Of a DNA stretch of 64,000 bases, positions 1-14,400 are shown in pieces. The first letter of the stretch is position 1. Every line of letters begins with the position of its first letter. The notes below the pieces were generated by a model. The model was not told where the DNA came from, made no database searches, and worked only from the letters and a program-made list of their open reading frames with translations. The stretch spans positions 4,216,001 through 4,280,000 of the forward strand of contig CM102289.1 of assembly GCA_046563655.1 (NCBI GenBank). Direction: 5' to 3'. This stretch comes from Yuukianura sp. NJ FZ-2021. Lineage: Eukaryota. Both the position numbers and the translations under genes were made by a program.

Positions 1-1419
1 AGTCCGTCTGTCGACTGAAAAGTTAGAGCTCCGCTATCATTCTCGTCTCTCTGGAACGTCTCAATACCGCGGATGTCACCATCAGTGTGCTTCCGCCAGT
101 TGTTTAACTGAAAAGTTGGAGCTCCGTTCGACTCTCCTGGCTTTCCGTCTCGGATTCCAGTCTCTCTCGGATTTTCTCCGCTCTCAAAATACCACTCGTG
201 TGTTTCCGTCCTTCATCGGACTTCTCATCACATCTCGTGACCCAGGTGACCTCTGCCTCAAATCTTCCTTTTGGCGACAGCGGACACCAGAACCACCTCA
301 GCATCATGCTCAACACCATCTCCATCACTCAAACCGAATGTCACCGCTCGTGTGCTCTCTCCAGTAACTCAACTGGACGGTTTGAGCTCAACTCGACTTC
401 ACTGGAATTCCAATTGCTGATTCCAGTTCCCTCAACCAACACATCATGGACACCGCCCGTGCGTCCCGCTACCCTCTGACGTCCTCTCATCGGACTTTCA
501 TTTCTGCTTCTTACAGCATCAGGACTTAAACTTAAGTTTCCTTTCGTTTTTCAAATTCCATTAAAGTAAAATCTAGATTTAACTCTAAAATTTAGAATCA
601 CTTTAACATTTAAGCTCTCATAGCTTCTCATAAAATTTAAGTTTCATTTCAGCTTCAATTTTCACGAACATTCATTTCTCATTTTCACTTGTCAATTCAA
701 CTACAGTTGGATTTTGGTGGATTCTTCAATCCACCAAGGCCGCCGAATGTTTGTGGAATTGACAGCGTCAATTCCTCATTTTTATAGATTTTAACCCCCT
801 CTTTTGGTTAAAATTCAACTTAAATTTAGACCCCTTTTTTGGTTCAAATTTCCCAATTTTGGACATGCGCACAGCCGCACTCCAGAATTGCATCACCCAA
901 ATTCCTAACTACGCAGTTAGTTTAGTTTCTGTTTGTTCACTCTTTCTGTCCAATTCATAGTGTCGTTTCAGAACTAGAGTTGTACGGTCATGCCTCTCTC
1001 TAGTTTTCTCACCTTTAGACCTCCATAATTAGCTAATTGTTCACCCCTTAATTAACGTTCTGTTAATTAAATAAGGGTTAAAAGCCCTGATTTTTACGGA
1101 TTTCCGTCTCTTGGTTTTTCCGTAATTTATTCCTAAAAAGTTCATTCCTGAATGAACAATATTTGAAACAAACAATTTTCAATTTGCCTGCAGAATTAAT
1201 TTTCCGACGAAGAGACTTCCATTTTAGCCCTTTTTTGTCTGCCTAAATGCAGCATCTAAAATACATAATTGAAAATTTGAACATTATAGACATGTTGTTA
1301 TTCTTGTTTTTGCCAAAACGTTTTAAAGATATGACTGTTCTGCAGAACTCCGGCGGGAATCAGATGAAAGCGACTCAATTGCATACCTGTGGGATAATAT
1401 GTGACACGGTGGATTAAAC

Positions 1420-1545
1420 TTAGCCGCCCCATTTGCACGGCACACCGTCGTACAGGCCACACCCAGGTTCAGGATCCGGAAGCGCTACTGCTATTGCCGC
1501 TCCAATCCAAAGAACTGCCACAAGAAGAGCTGTGCGTACGCGCAT
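1420..1545 (-). CDS. Small secreted peptide precursor, 41 aa (signal + X-Pro propeptide + one-disulfide peptide, probably amidated)
   Basis: Below the ORF-track cutoff. Hand translation: MRVRTALLVAVLWIGAAIAVA-LPDPEP-GCGLYDGVPCKWGG*. AAAA precedes the ATG, the signal is hydrophobic, and a TATATAAA lies about 80 nt upstream (1621-1630). Confidence 0.7.
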   Translation of the reverse strand: MRVRTALLVAVLWIGAAIAVALPDPEPGCGLYDGVPCKWGG

Positions 1546-2973
1546 TTTTATTTCAGAAGCTTGGAATCAGTAGTGTTTTGCTTTGAAATTCTGTTGCATA
1601 AATGAACTACGAAGTTCAATTTTATATAAATCCTAATTGAATTGGCCTTGATAGAGTACTAATCTGACCTCAATTAATGACTTACAACTCCTCCAATTTG
1701 TTGTGGATAACGGCTTGAAAGTAACCACATCAAATATACCGTGTTGTTCAGCAAAAAATTCACGCCAACAAACTCAAATGTTTATTTTTTTTCAAAATTG
1801 TGAAGGGTGATGAGTACTAAATTCAAAAAAATACTCTGCAGAATATAAATTCGTTTAGACGTACTTTACTTTTTGGTCATAATCCCCCCTCCAGAAATCG
1901 CAAATTTTAAAAAATAAGTCATGGGAAAGATTTTGATGTGTCTACTTTTCACTGAACCGTTTTCGCTAAACCTGCCATTGGAAGCGGTTACACTTCGCGA
2001 CTGATATGATTCCTTTCGAACATAGAATGACATGATTGTTTTATCATGTTTATACTGCGGAAAAAAAAATCTTTATGAAATAATATTATTAATTGGAATG
2101 CCTAGAACTTGATTAATTAAACTACAACTGAATTCACCAATTCAGGAGTTCTAAAATTTCAAGCGATATTCCGGGCTATCGGCGTTCATGGGAATATTAT
2201 GCAGGTACACGCCACATAAAAAGACAGTCACTCAGGTACTTTGTATGCGAGTTACTGTAAGAAAAAGTAACTTCCTACAACCTTGTTAAAAGGAAATTTT
2301 GAAGTAAATTCAATTAATTGGACACAATTTTGTGAAAATACGTCAACAAATGTGTTAGGTTTGATACTATCACCGGATCAAATTATTCCGAATGGCCAAA
2401 CTACTCCTATCTATAAGCAACAAAAGGAATAATACAAAGAAATACTTTCGAAATTCTATTCATGATTATTAAAGCCTAGTCTGAAAAAAAATTCACGTTT
2501 TTTTTTTATTTCTTTTTCACAAAAATTTGGGCCGAAATTCAAGTCGTTCTCGTTGCGCAACCATAGAGCAATCAAAAAACATAAAACTTCATAGTATTTC
2601 AGAAAATGAAACAAATGGTGTCAAAGGATTTTACCAGAAAAGTCGCACAAATATTTTTTCTTTACTGAGTTGCTGCTAAGGAAAGCTAACGTTATAATTG
2701 AAATGTAACTTTTCGTATGGTGTTCGGAACAAAAAAATAAAATAAAAATTCCAAGAGTTCTTTAGTTAAAATCAAAATTTACAGTATTCAAACGTGCTTT
2801 AAATTTCTAGTAGATTTTTTTATGAAGTTTAGGCGTGTTATTGAATTACTTTAAGTGTTTAACTTCTCACAAATACTACTTGAAGAAAATAAGTTAAAAA
2901 TCAGAAAAAAAAAGAATTAGTTGCTACCCGAACTGTGAAGGGCACAAAGTTGTGGCTTGCGAACAACTAAGAA

Positions 2974-4648
2974 ATGGCACTCGAAAGGTAACTACTTTTG
3001 TAAAAATATTGGATAATGAAGTGAGACTTTTTTTTAAGTGAAATTTTAATTTACTAGTAAACTTTTTAATGTTTAATTTAAATCATTCAGGGGAAAAAGG
3101 TGCTCAATAGTGAGTGAGGCGGATATAACCATAAAGCTATTGGAAAAGAATAAATCGATTTCGATTGTTCAAATTGTCCGAGACGATTTAAATGACAAAC
3201 GGCATGTCAAGGAACCTAAAGCATTTAGATATAGCGGAATAATTTACGGGATCTTGGCTGGTATGAGAGCGCTTTTTTGTTAATTTCTACAATCTAAAAT
3301 AATATAACTGACTTTGCTAATTTTTGTAGCTATTATGTTCTCGGGAAGCTTGTTCGTTACAAAAATTTTGACTAAAAAGGACTACCATGCATTCAACATT
3401 GCTTGGTGGCGATACCTAGGAACAACTCTCGTAGCTCCCTTTTTCTTACTCTACTTTTCAAAATTCAAAAAACCTGATCCGAATATCTTCAGCTCCATTT
3501 GGCCTCTAAATCCTTCAACACAGAAAATAGTATTGCTGGTCATTGTAAGACCGAAAATATTTATTTCTTCCGTGCTAACTACATTTAATGCAAGGAAAGC
3601 TATTTGTTTTTAACTTTTGTAGGTTCGCAGTATGATTACTGCAACTGTTTCAACGCTCCAAATAATTGCGCTCAAGTATTTGTCACAGGCTGACGCTGCT
3701 GCCATTTCCTATAGTACACCAATTGCCGTTGGAATTTTGGCACGAATTTTTCTTCATGAACGTTTTGGAATTGTGAGCTTTCTTTTAGGAGTTTTAGCTT
3801 TTCTTGGAGTGTGCGTCTTAGCTAGACCGCCATTACTTACGGGCCAAGCAGCCTTTGACATGGGAAATTTGGTAACTAAAAAAATTCGAAATTTACTTTG
3901 GATTGAACGATCTGATTTGATTGAAATTGAACGTTTCAAATTTTAAATTTGAACAATCCCTAGATTGGAGTAGGGTTTGCCTTCAGTACGATGTTGGGCA
4001 TATCAAGTATCTTCGTGATCACAAGAAAACTTAAAACAGTTCATTTTACAATACTTCTGACGGCAATAGGATATGTCAGTACTGTGATCTGTGCAACTCT
4101 TGCGATTGGATTTCGAGTCATAGACGTTCCGCACTCAGTCAACGATTGCTTGCTGGCAATTACAAGTGCTGCCCTGTTCTGCACAGCCCATTTGTGCATT
4201 GTGGCTGCTCTCCAGCTTGAAGGCGCTGGACTCATCTCGCTCGTCAGAACTGGAGATGTCGTAAGGAACTTTTTTTTATTATTTAAAACAAGAACAGAGG
4301 TAAAATAATGGTAAAAACTTATTATGCTTTAATGTAGTATTATCATTATAAAATGAACATAGGATATTAGACAAACACCATTGATTCATGTTTCGGTTGT
4401 TTTTTTTTTCAAGGTTTTTGCCTTTCTTTGGCAAATGATAGTCGGAGTGTACCCAGATATTTTTAGGTAACTCGAAAAAGAGTCAAAATTGTTAAAAGTT
4501 ACATTTAAATTGTTATAATCTTTTTCACAGTTTGGTCGGCGGAGCAATAGTGATCTTCGCGATCACTTCGAGTGCGCTCTTAAAATGGATTGAGACACTT
4601 CCAAAAGAAGATACGAGGCGACGGAATTTGCGCCTCTGTTTAAAATAA
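2974..4648 (+). CDS. Solute carrier family 35 member G-like (EamA/DMT) transporter, 7 exons
   Basis: Exons 2974-2987, 3091-3260, 3330-3544, 3623-3871, 3964-4260, 4414-4466, 4531-4648 join in frame at GT-AG junctions. EamA-type motifs ALKYLSQADAAAISYSTPIAVGILARIFLHE and ALQLEGAGLISLVRTGDVVFAFLWQ; many TM helices. Confidence 0.88.
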
Positions 4649-5446
4649 TTAACTTTTCAAAGTATAATAAAAATTATTAGAATGTAAATTGAATACATAT
4701 TAGGGGGCGCCCTATTTGAAACACTTGTTTACTCTAATATGTTCCATACACCCGTGAATCCGAATACAACTTCCAAAACTAACTCTTTTTGCCAATGTTT
4801 TCAACGTCGACGTGTTTGTATTGGAGTTTTCGTTTATAGCAATTGCGATAAACGAAAGTGAATCATTTAGTTAAATTCAAAATTTTGTAAACATCACTTT
4901 GGTCCGTAGTCAACTCCTTTTGATCATAGATTAATGGGCACATGAATTTATCCCCGTTTATATATGGTCTACATCGATTAAGACTCATGCATATACGCTT
5001 GGATTTCACAATTTTGAGTGGATTTAACTCGACCGTTGACACTATGTGGGTTTCTACGATTCAACAAGAGTTTCCAAATTATAACAATATACGCATGTCG
5101 AATTTATGAATTTGGTTCATGTTAGGAAGTACTACACAGGATTTTTATTTTTAATAGTATGCAAGTTTTTACAGTTCCACACACTTAAATCACCATTAAC
5201 ATACATGGAGCTAACTTCCGGGAATCTAAGAAACAGATTCCGGATTTTAATTTGATGAATATAATAATAAAATCTGAAAAATGTTAGGATATGAATTCTT
5301 AGTGTAACTATAATTGTAAATATACCGTTGCTCGTCGCTCTAGCTGCGACAATTTAAAAATAAAAAGCAAAACCGCATTTTAGCCGACTGGAAAAAGTAG
5401 TTGATATTATTTAGTTAGTCATCGTTGAATGCCACACAGCAAAATC

Positions 5447-8400
5447 TCAAAATTCCAGAACTTCCCGAATACGAAGTCCTCGTTGTTCAGCATCTTGTCT
5501 CAACGCTTCATCCCTTTCATCATGTCGTCTTTTCCAAATCATGAATATTGCAACAGCGGTTCCTAAGCAAGGATCATGCTGGAACAGTCGGACACGGTCT
5601 CCATAAGATTCGAAAGTTTCTTGAATGGTTAAGTCGATTTCGTGAAGTCTCTGCACATTGATGTAGGGGTTGAAGTCTGTCCAGCTAGCTGAATGGTCCG
5701 GTCGTCTGCGACTTGTTACTACTGCGGTGCTTGAATCGGTTCTATTCGGCAACTTTCGGTAGGAGTCGGTCAGTCGATGCAAATCAGACAGTCGTTCTCG
5801 TTGGAGGTTTTTGAAAGCCTGGTTGCAACCAGCTTGAATCAAACTACTGGCCCCATTCTTGAAAGCTGGTTCCACAAACTCCTTCTGAAGGTATTCAAGG
5901 CCGTCGTCCAGGAGTTTCTTATTCAGATCTTCGATGAAAGAATTAATGTACTCCCCTCTTTCCATCGCTGGAACTTCAGTTTCTTCTGGTTGTGTAAGTT
6001 GAACGTCAAATAATGTTTCGGCCTCCCCGTCCACTTCCAACTGATTCGCATTTTTAACTTTCAATGTATCGATTTCTTGTCTCAAGTGTTGGTTGAGCAA
6101 CTTCACCTGAGTTACCATAAACTGTGGAACAGCAGTTTGCCAAGTCATACTCGTTTTGATTAAGGCGTAAACCATTTCCATTATTCTGAAAGCGTCGTAG
6201 GCAATGTTCATAAGTTTGGAATTTCCGCCCCTCAATCCCTCGCTCAACTTTCGCAGTCCAATCGATGCAAGTGTGGCTGCCAACGCTTTCACTGACGCAA
6301 TGTAGTACGATTGGTTGTCCTCATGAAGCGCATTAATACTCTCCCGTAAGACGTCCAATGCTTGCTTCCTACTCGTACAGGTCTCAAACAACTCGGTTAA
6401 TGTTTCTCTGAGCGACAATACCTAAATTATAAAAACACCTCACTTTTATAACAGCGTTTAAGCATAATGATTAAGATAGAGAAAAATTTAAGACCAGTAC
6501 TATACCTCTGCATGATATTCTTCATGTCCATGAAACAGCATCTCTACAGTACTTCTGAAGTGTTTCAAACAATACAGTCGTAGAGAATCAAGCATTTTTT
6601 CAATGAATATTCCAATCGCAGTTGTCCCTGCGGCGAAAAAAAGCTTTTCACCGACGATCCAAGCGAACTTTTCCAAAGCCTCTTTTACGATGTCCTTTGT
6701 GATGACGGATATAAACGAAGCTCCAGCCGGAACCGATAAACCACCCCAAGCTAATGAAATGGCGACACTGCAGGCTTTGCTCATTCCATACGTCTTCCAC
6801 GAAAAGTTGCCGGTGTAACCTGCCTGTGCAGCAAACACAAGATCTCCAATACCTTCACTAACCAGCAAGCCCACGATTGGTAACGCTGTTCCGCCAGTAG
6901 CAACAGCTAACATAACTCCTGCAGCAATCTGGAAATATTTTGTTGTTTTAAGTAGTTATGTTAACTGAAATTCTAGAAACGAACTTTGCGTTGCAAATTT
7001 AAAAATTGTCAACTTACCTGAGCCAGTGCAATCATAGACAAGCAGAAGGCTCCAGTGTTCCACATGGATCTACCTTGACCCAAAATTGGAAGTTGATCAA
7101 AGTGTTCATCTTGCAGGTCCCGTATTTCGGAAGTATGCATTCCTTTTGGCAGTCTTTTTGAAATGGCGGTGAATCCCTTCTCGACACGCAGGTTTTTCAC
7201 TGTTTTGATTTTTCCTGCTGAAGAAATGAATGCTTCACAGATACTGTCGATGTATTCTGCGCATGTGAAATTAACACTTAGTTCTGTACCATCTTCATCT
7301 ACCACCGTTCTGTACATGTTATCGTAGATGGTGCTAAGCGAGGTTCTGAGAGGACTAGCAGCATTGAAAAAGTTCCGAATTTCCTCTGCTCTTTCGTTTT
7401 GACTTTTATAGAATTCTTTGTACGGCCAGTAAATTTTTATGTCTTTCAGAATCCCAATTTTCAGAAGTCTGGATACAAGAAGGTCAATTTCGAATTTCTG
7501 TGCCCCTTCCACTTCCCGGTAAATCAGAGATAGAACTTCAGCGTTGGTTATGTCGGATGCATGACCTTTGACCTTGACACAAAGCTGCAAAATGTTTGAA
7601 ACCATTCCGCCACTAATTCCTGTTGGTAGCTGAACTATGCCGGATTCGAAGTCTTGTTTCCATTCTAGCGACACTTGTCCTCTGAATTCCGTTACGTTTT
7701 GTAGAATTTCATGTTCCCGAAGTAAAGATTTTTCTTCCAAAGTGAGCTCAAGTTCATTCAGCAACATTTGTGTATTTTGAGTGTTCAAAGCGAATCCAAT
7801 TTCAACTTTTCTCAATGGCGGTTCAATTGATAAACTTTCATAAAGTTCATGGTTGTACATAATCTGAGGAATTTCAGTGGTCGTTGAATTTTGAATCATT
7901 CCAATTTCTTTGAGATCCTCCCAAATCCTTCCGATGGTTTGAATTTTGAATCCTTGTGAGTCAAAAGCTCGCATTTGTGCATTTTTTAGATTCAATTCTT
8001 CGCCAGAGGCAATGTCTCCGACTTTGCTTAGTACCGCTTCATATACGAGCGTATCCAGATGAACTTCGTTCCTGCCAACGGTTCTTTCTCCAACTAGAAT
8101 GTAACCATTCTCGAGCTTGACTTTTTTACTAACTCGGAGTGGCTTTAAAATATTTGAAGGCAGATGACCTTTGACCTGTTCAAAAATTTTCGCAGCTTCA
8201 TTCTTGTAACCTCCGACGTGTTTACTGTAGAGAAATACGGATGGTGACAGTGTGGAGTAACCAAGGAGATCTTCCATTTCAATTAAATGAGGTTCCAAGA
8301 CGTCAATTTCACTACTCAGTTGATCGAGGTAAAGTAGACGCTGTTTATCCCGCCCTTGCTGGGTCAACAATCCCACGCTCAACTTTGACACTAACATTTT

Positions 8401-11400
8401 CAAATCATTCCGGTAACTACATAAACTTCGCTGAGACGCTTTCAAAATTTGTCGTCCGGCTTCGATTTTCTCTTCGCGCAGAAGCAGAATCCCAAGGTAG
8501 TAGTTTGGTATCCAATTGAAGTAAGTATCCATTTCTGCAGCTTCGATCAACACTTGACGAGCTTTATCAAGCAATCCACAAACTTCGAAAACTTTGCCAA
8601 GTTTTACAAATTCCGATGAGATCTGACAAATTGAAACGTCAAACTCTGCGCGTGATGGATTGCGTATTTTTCGAAAATTTGTTGTCACATCTCGCCAAAA
8701 TTCTTCAAAATCGGACCAAACTTCATACTTGTTTCCAGTCAGCTTCTTTTGAATCGAATCCAGCCAAAATGCCCATCGGTTTTTTACTAGAATTTGAAAC
8801 TTGTTTCGAATTTTTGGTGCCCATCTATTTTTAAAATAATCGTAACGACAATTAAGACTTAATCTTTTTTTTTTTTGGTTCATAATACTTTTTTACGCAT
8901 AAATCCAATGAAAACTAACCCTGTAAGGAGATCTGTAAATGACTTTTCATTGCATCGCTCATGAAATTCTTCAAACAACTTTCCTTCCAGTTCGTTTTTC
9001 GGAATTTCAGCAGTCTCAATCTTGTCGATCCGGGCATCTTCTTTATCAAATGCTGCTCGTTCATAGTCCTTAATTGTCCAACCTGGAACTAGATGGGGCA
9101 TCATGACAACGTAGGCTGAGCTTCCTCCCTTTCCCGATCGAGATGTTCTGCCGAAAGCTTGATTCCGAATACGTTTATTTTTAGGAATGTAAGTCAAAAT
9201 AACATGAAGACCACCGGAACACTCCACTTTTAAATCTGTTCCTCTCCCGCCCAAGTTTGTAGCCACGATAATTGTGTTTGGGGGAATGGGTCGTCCATGT
9301 GGGTACTCCTCACATCTACCAAATTGCTGTTCAAATTCTGTAACATTTTGTGCTGTCAGGTAAGGTAACAGGAGTGGACGCGGCTGTATAGACTTTTCGA
9401 ATTCCAGTTGAATGGTTGTTTCTAGAAATTCTAAAAGCTGCCTGGCAACTCTAACGGTTTGGCATAGAATAAGCGACGGTTGGAACGGGAGACGAGGCCA
9501 AGCCGAATTTTTGATTCCCACGTGAAACTCATCCTCTGTGTTTACAATCACAGCCTCGAGAGCTTTGCAACGCCTGTTCTTGTGTGGAGGCATTTCGTAA
9601 AATTGGACGCCGTAGTTCTTGTTTAAAAATTGGCGGGATCGAAGCGATCCTAACGTTCCAGTAATCCCGAAAAGCCGATCTTCAAATTTTTTCAAATACG
9701 CGTGATTGGAAATGAAGATTGCCTGTTAAAAAACAACAGAAAAAAAAATGAAATTTTTTTTTTTTGCATCTTACTTACTTATACTCACCTTAAGACTTTC
9801 AGGAGAAATTCTTTTGCCATGTCGTAGTTGCAAATACTGTTGTCTTCCAAGTGCGTATTGAGAATTGAGCTGTGCTTCGCCTGTATCGATGTCCATCAGT
9901 GTGACATCTGGACAAATGTCTTGATCTGCTATGTCCACTCCATCCGCCAAATAATACTCCCCATCCTCCATGGCTCTGGCGCCAATCGCTTCTTTTACCC
10001 AAGTTTTCAATCGCTTCTCCACGAATGTTTCAAGGCCCCTTGGAATCCGGATCTCTTTAGATTCAATTTTTTGTTTCAGGAGCGCCTCAATTTCACACTG
10101 CCCAACTGTGGTGGAACTGGTAATGACAGCATCCCAAATTTCTATGAAAAAAGGACGGAGGTATCGGAGTTCCGGAATTTTGTATGAAATGAAAAGAACT
10201 TGAGATCCTTTGTCCAGAAGCAAAGAATCCACTTCGTCCACAATCACGTAGTCGGGTTCCCGCCCACCCATGTAACGCCTTCCTTCGTACTTATTGTACA
10301 AGTAGTCTGCTTCAAAACAACGAATTGTTCCGTAAATAACCGAATTCTTGTATTGCATTTCCAATTCCTGTTCCCAGTTTGGTCCCTGACGACACTTAGA
10401 AGACGAAACTTCACCTAGAAGATTAAAAATGAATTCAGTGTAAACTATAAATTAGCATAAATTTAATACAAATATATCCTAAGCTTCTGCTCTGCGCATG
10501 CAGATAAAAGTATAACGCGCTAGAAAAGAACGCAGTGGAAAGCTATAATGCTTCCTTACATTATAATCCAACGCACCTTAGTATTAGATCCAAAATTTAA
10601 AACGAATTGAGTATATTTTCTCCTAGAATCTTTTTGAAGACATGCCTAACGCGCCATACGAACTCAAATTGTTAGGAAGAAATCAATATGAATGCACTCA
10701 CCAGCGCCGATCCCGAACATTTTGTAAAACGGTGCCATGGCTTTAGCACCATCAACTGCCAAACCACAGCCACTGCTCATGATATCCACATTTTTATTGC
10801 AAAGGGCCAAATGTACTGCCAGCATCGCTGAAATGTCAGTCTTCCCTTCACCAGTTGCAATTTGCCCAAATTGAGACTTTCCAGCGGCGTAGCCAAGGAG
10901 ACAAATTAAAACAGCCAGAAGTTGAGTGTCTCTTGGTAAATACCGTCCTTCTACATGAAGTTGAATTCCACGCATGCCCACTGCCACCATTTCTAATTTG
11001 ACTGCTTGAGTATACGCATTATGTTCAGATCTGATCAAGGTTCGCACAGCGTCTGCCCATGTTCGGATGTCCTCCGGTGTGAACTGCATGATTGGGCGGG
11101 AAATGTTTCCGCAAATTTTAGAATTGAACATGAAGCAGATTCGGACCAGTTTGAGCTCAAGCAATACTTCTTTTTGATCCAGGATGAGCTGAGTCCCTGG
11201 CGGCATATCAGCGTTTCCATTTTGTTTCTTAAAAAATTCTTCGACTAAGTACTCGCCAGTTAAATCTGGACTAGACTCCGCGTAACGCTTAAAATGATCT
11301 GGAATACTCATGGTTCTGGCAGTATCTTGTGAAATTAGGTTCAATACATGTGAATTTACAACCCAATATCCATGCCGAATTTTTCTTTCGTAAATTTCGA

Positions 11401-14400
11401 GGTCAAAGGGCTCGCTGTGACCAAAACGATCCAAAACCAAATTGAAAAATTCTTGAGCTTGAGTCTCGGATCCAATTGCAGCTTCAATTTCTACAGCCTT
11501 CTGGATTTGGGCTTCCGAAAACTCAGGAAACTCGCTTCTGTAAAAAATTAACCGTAATATACGTTTCCATTCTGCAGTGCACCTACACTTTTTGACCTCA
11601 GCTACAATGTACTTCAATTCGTCGACGTTGTCGTTTTCATTTTGACAGGATTGTTGAGCCACTTCTAGGATTTTGTTGAAGAAGTCGACCAGAAATGGAG
11701 CTGTGGACATTGGTTGACATTGGAGTAGGTTTTTCATATGCGTGAAGAGGTCAATCAGCAGTGTTCGATGGAGCATCATAGCAGTGAGCAGAGCCTGCAG
11801 AGTTTTGTCAATTTGGGAACAGGAACCAGAATTGTTGAAACCATAGTGATAGTGAACTGCGTTTGACGCTGCTTTTAAAAGACATTCTAAAAGCCACTGT
11901 CTTGGCATAGTGCTCGACACAATTTCTTCGACTTCGGCAAATGACAAATCCGTTGCAGCCTCAAAGAACTTCAGAAACTCATCACTTGGGATTGGCTGAA
12001 GACTGAGTAGTGGAAATATGTTGTTTTTCAACAATTTGATCAGTGGACTTGAACCGCCAAACTTTTCTCTCCAAAGCACTTGGATACAAGCTAGCTGATC
12101 TTTGATTTCACGTGACATCGTAGAACCCCATACTTCTGTCTGGATTTGAACCAATGTCCTGTCCTCTAACGTTCCGAGCCATTCGCACGGTTCCAAGCGC
12201 ATTAGCTGATCAACCACTTCACCACGCAGTGTGACCGGCAACTCTTCAAACAGTAACATTTCTTCTTCCGTTAAAACTTCAGTAAGACGGGTTCTCAAAT
12301 CCGTTTCGGCATTTATCCCTAAGAACCATAAACAAAGAAAAAAAGATAATCAGACACAGACTGATTGGTCAGAGTTCTTTAGTATTTTAGTTTTTAGTGA
12401 CGTAGTGTATTGGTTTTTATGTAAATTAAATTGTAAGGATCCAGAGAATCTAAGATGTAAATCATTATCAATTTTGGGCTTAAGACATTTTACAAAAGTC
12501 GTTGTTTCATGAAACTCAGCTTTAAAAAAATTGCGACGTAAACTCTGCTAAAAATGCATTGCGATGAATTGATATTGCAAAAAAAATGTTCACTGTCAAA
12601 AGAAATAGGGAATTTGAAAATTATTAGGGGAATAGTACACCAAATAAAAATTCTGAACTGCTTTTGTTAAAAAAAAAAGATTTCGTCTCACTTGAATGAG
12701 AATGAATACTAACTACAAGACAAAGTGCTAATCGGTTCTTCTGAATTAAATCTGATTCAAAACTTACCGGCTATGGAAATTTTCGAAAAACGTGGTAATA
12801 CATGTCGATAGCTGACACTTGAGGGGTTGAAATACAATGCGGCATATGATCCTTCATAATTCTGCAGCGCATTATATATTATGACATTGATCGCTGCTTC
12901 ATCTAGTGTAAACATGTTGTTGTGTTCAAGCAGGCTACTCCAGACAAAAACTTTGAACCCAACAGCTTGAGCCGAAGAAGCAGCCGGGAAAAGCTGCATT
13001 CCATCCACAATTTTCCCAACGATATCAGGCTGTGATGTGGCATTCGTCATCATATGTCGCCGGGTCATGATTCCAGTCTCAAAAAGTTGGATAAGTTTGT
13101 AAATTATTTCATGCGACGACTCAAATTTTTCTTCAGTCATCGTTTTGACTTGTTCGCACAAGAATTTCATGGGAACGCGGCATGGGATGGCAAGCAGTAC
13201 TCGCAAACGCTCCGCATCTTCATATCTGAAGTCCATTATCAAGGAGTTAACCAGCTCCAAAATCCAATTTTCCGTTTCGTGGTCAAACTTAGCGGCATTC
13301 AGTACATACTGCTCAACTCTGGAAAGAACATTGGAAATTATTATATTATTCTATGTGACGCGTATATTGTGTCCACTTTACTCAATTTACATTCATACCT
13401 TTCAAACCATGTATTTTCGACATCACCCAGGTATTCTTCGGCGACTTGCAGCATCTCAAGATGTTCGAGGAATTTTGCATGACACGACGCATTTGGCGTT
13501 GACATTGACCTCGTATTTTTTGCAACATTTCGTTCACAAGTAAGCATTCCTTCCAATATTTCCGACGTTACTAAACCAAGGAACGACTTGAAGTCCTTTG
13601 CCGACTGTTCCAAAACACCGATTTCCTGTTCCAGGATTTGTTGAAGCATTTCCGTGTCATTTGATCTCAAACTATGCAAAATTTTCTTTAGCCTTGCGAT
13701 TTGTGGGTTTTGTTTGTGGGCTACAATCTTAGCTAACTTGACGGTTACTTCCCTTTTCACTGGCAATTCTGTTTTATGAAACATGTAGACAAGAAACTGT
13801 TTCAGAAATGTGACGCTAGATGTCCACTCCTCCTTTGGCATTTCTGTTCTCTGCGCATTGAGATAGCTCACTGCATTGACCCAAGCATCAAAATTTTCTG
13901 ACAAATCTAATAAAAAGATTAGTAAATAGTAAGTTTTAGTAAATAGCAAATTTTAATTAAATTTAGTTCAATCCATTAATTTAAGTATGCAAATTATCAA
14001 AATGTTTTACCCAGGGTTTCATACAGCGGGTGGCTGTGAATATAAGTGTCGTATTGCTCAATATTGGATCGTAACAATGAGAGTAGTTGCACCATATCCA
14101 CCTCCTGACCTGCGTTTAGGTCGAACACAATTTTTGTTTTAAGCTCTTGAAGGGAATCGTTGAGGCTGGAGACGTCGAATGTCAACCCGAGGAACGTGAG
14201 TCTTGCTAAATCAAACTGAAATTCTTTACCCCTGCTGTCATCGTCGCTTGAGAGACCGAGTCCTAGAACTTCCTCGGCCATTTCTACACTTCGTGCGACA
14301 TGCAATTTATCCTCAAGCGTTTTTCTTATTTCTTCAGCTGCTCTGAGCCACGCTATGTTTAGAGAATGTTTCACTCGAAATAAGCCTGCCTTCAATCGCC

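Noticed and set aside
1..1100. Overlapping short ORFs in a C/T-rich stretch, possibly the end of a retroelement
   Set aside because: No recognisable domain, LTR pair, PBS or poly(A) tail is visible; truncated by the window edge.
8880..12298. Bacterial contamination or endosymbiont secA
   Set aside because: The SecA motifs are separated by canonical spliceosomal introns in consistent phase and lie among animal genes.
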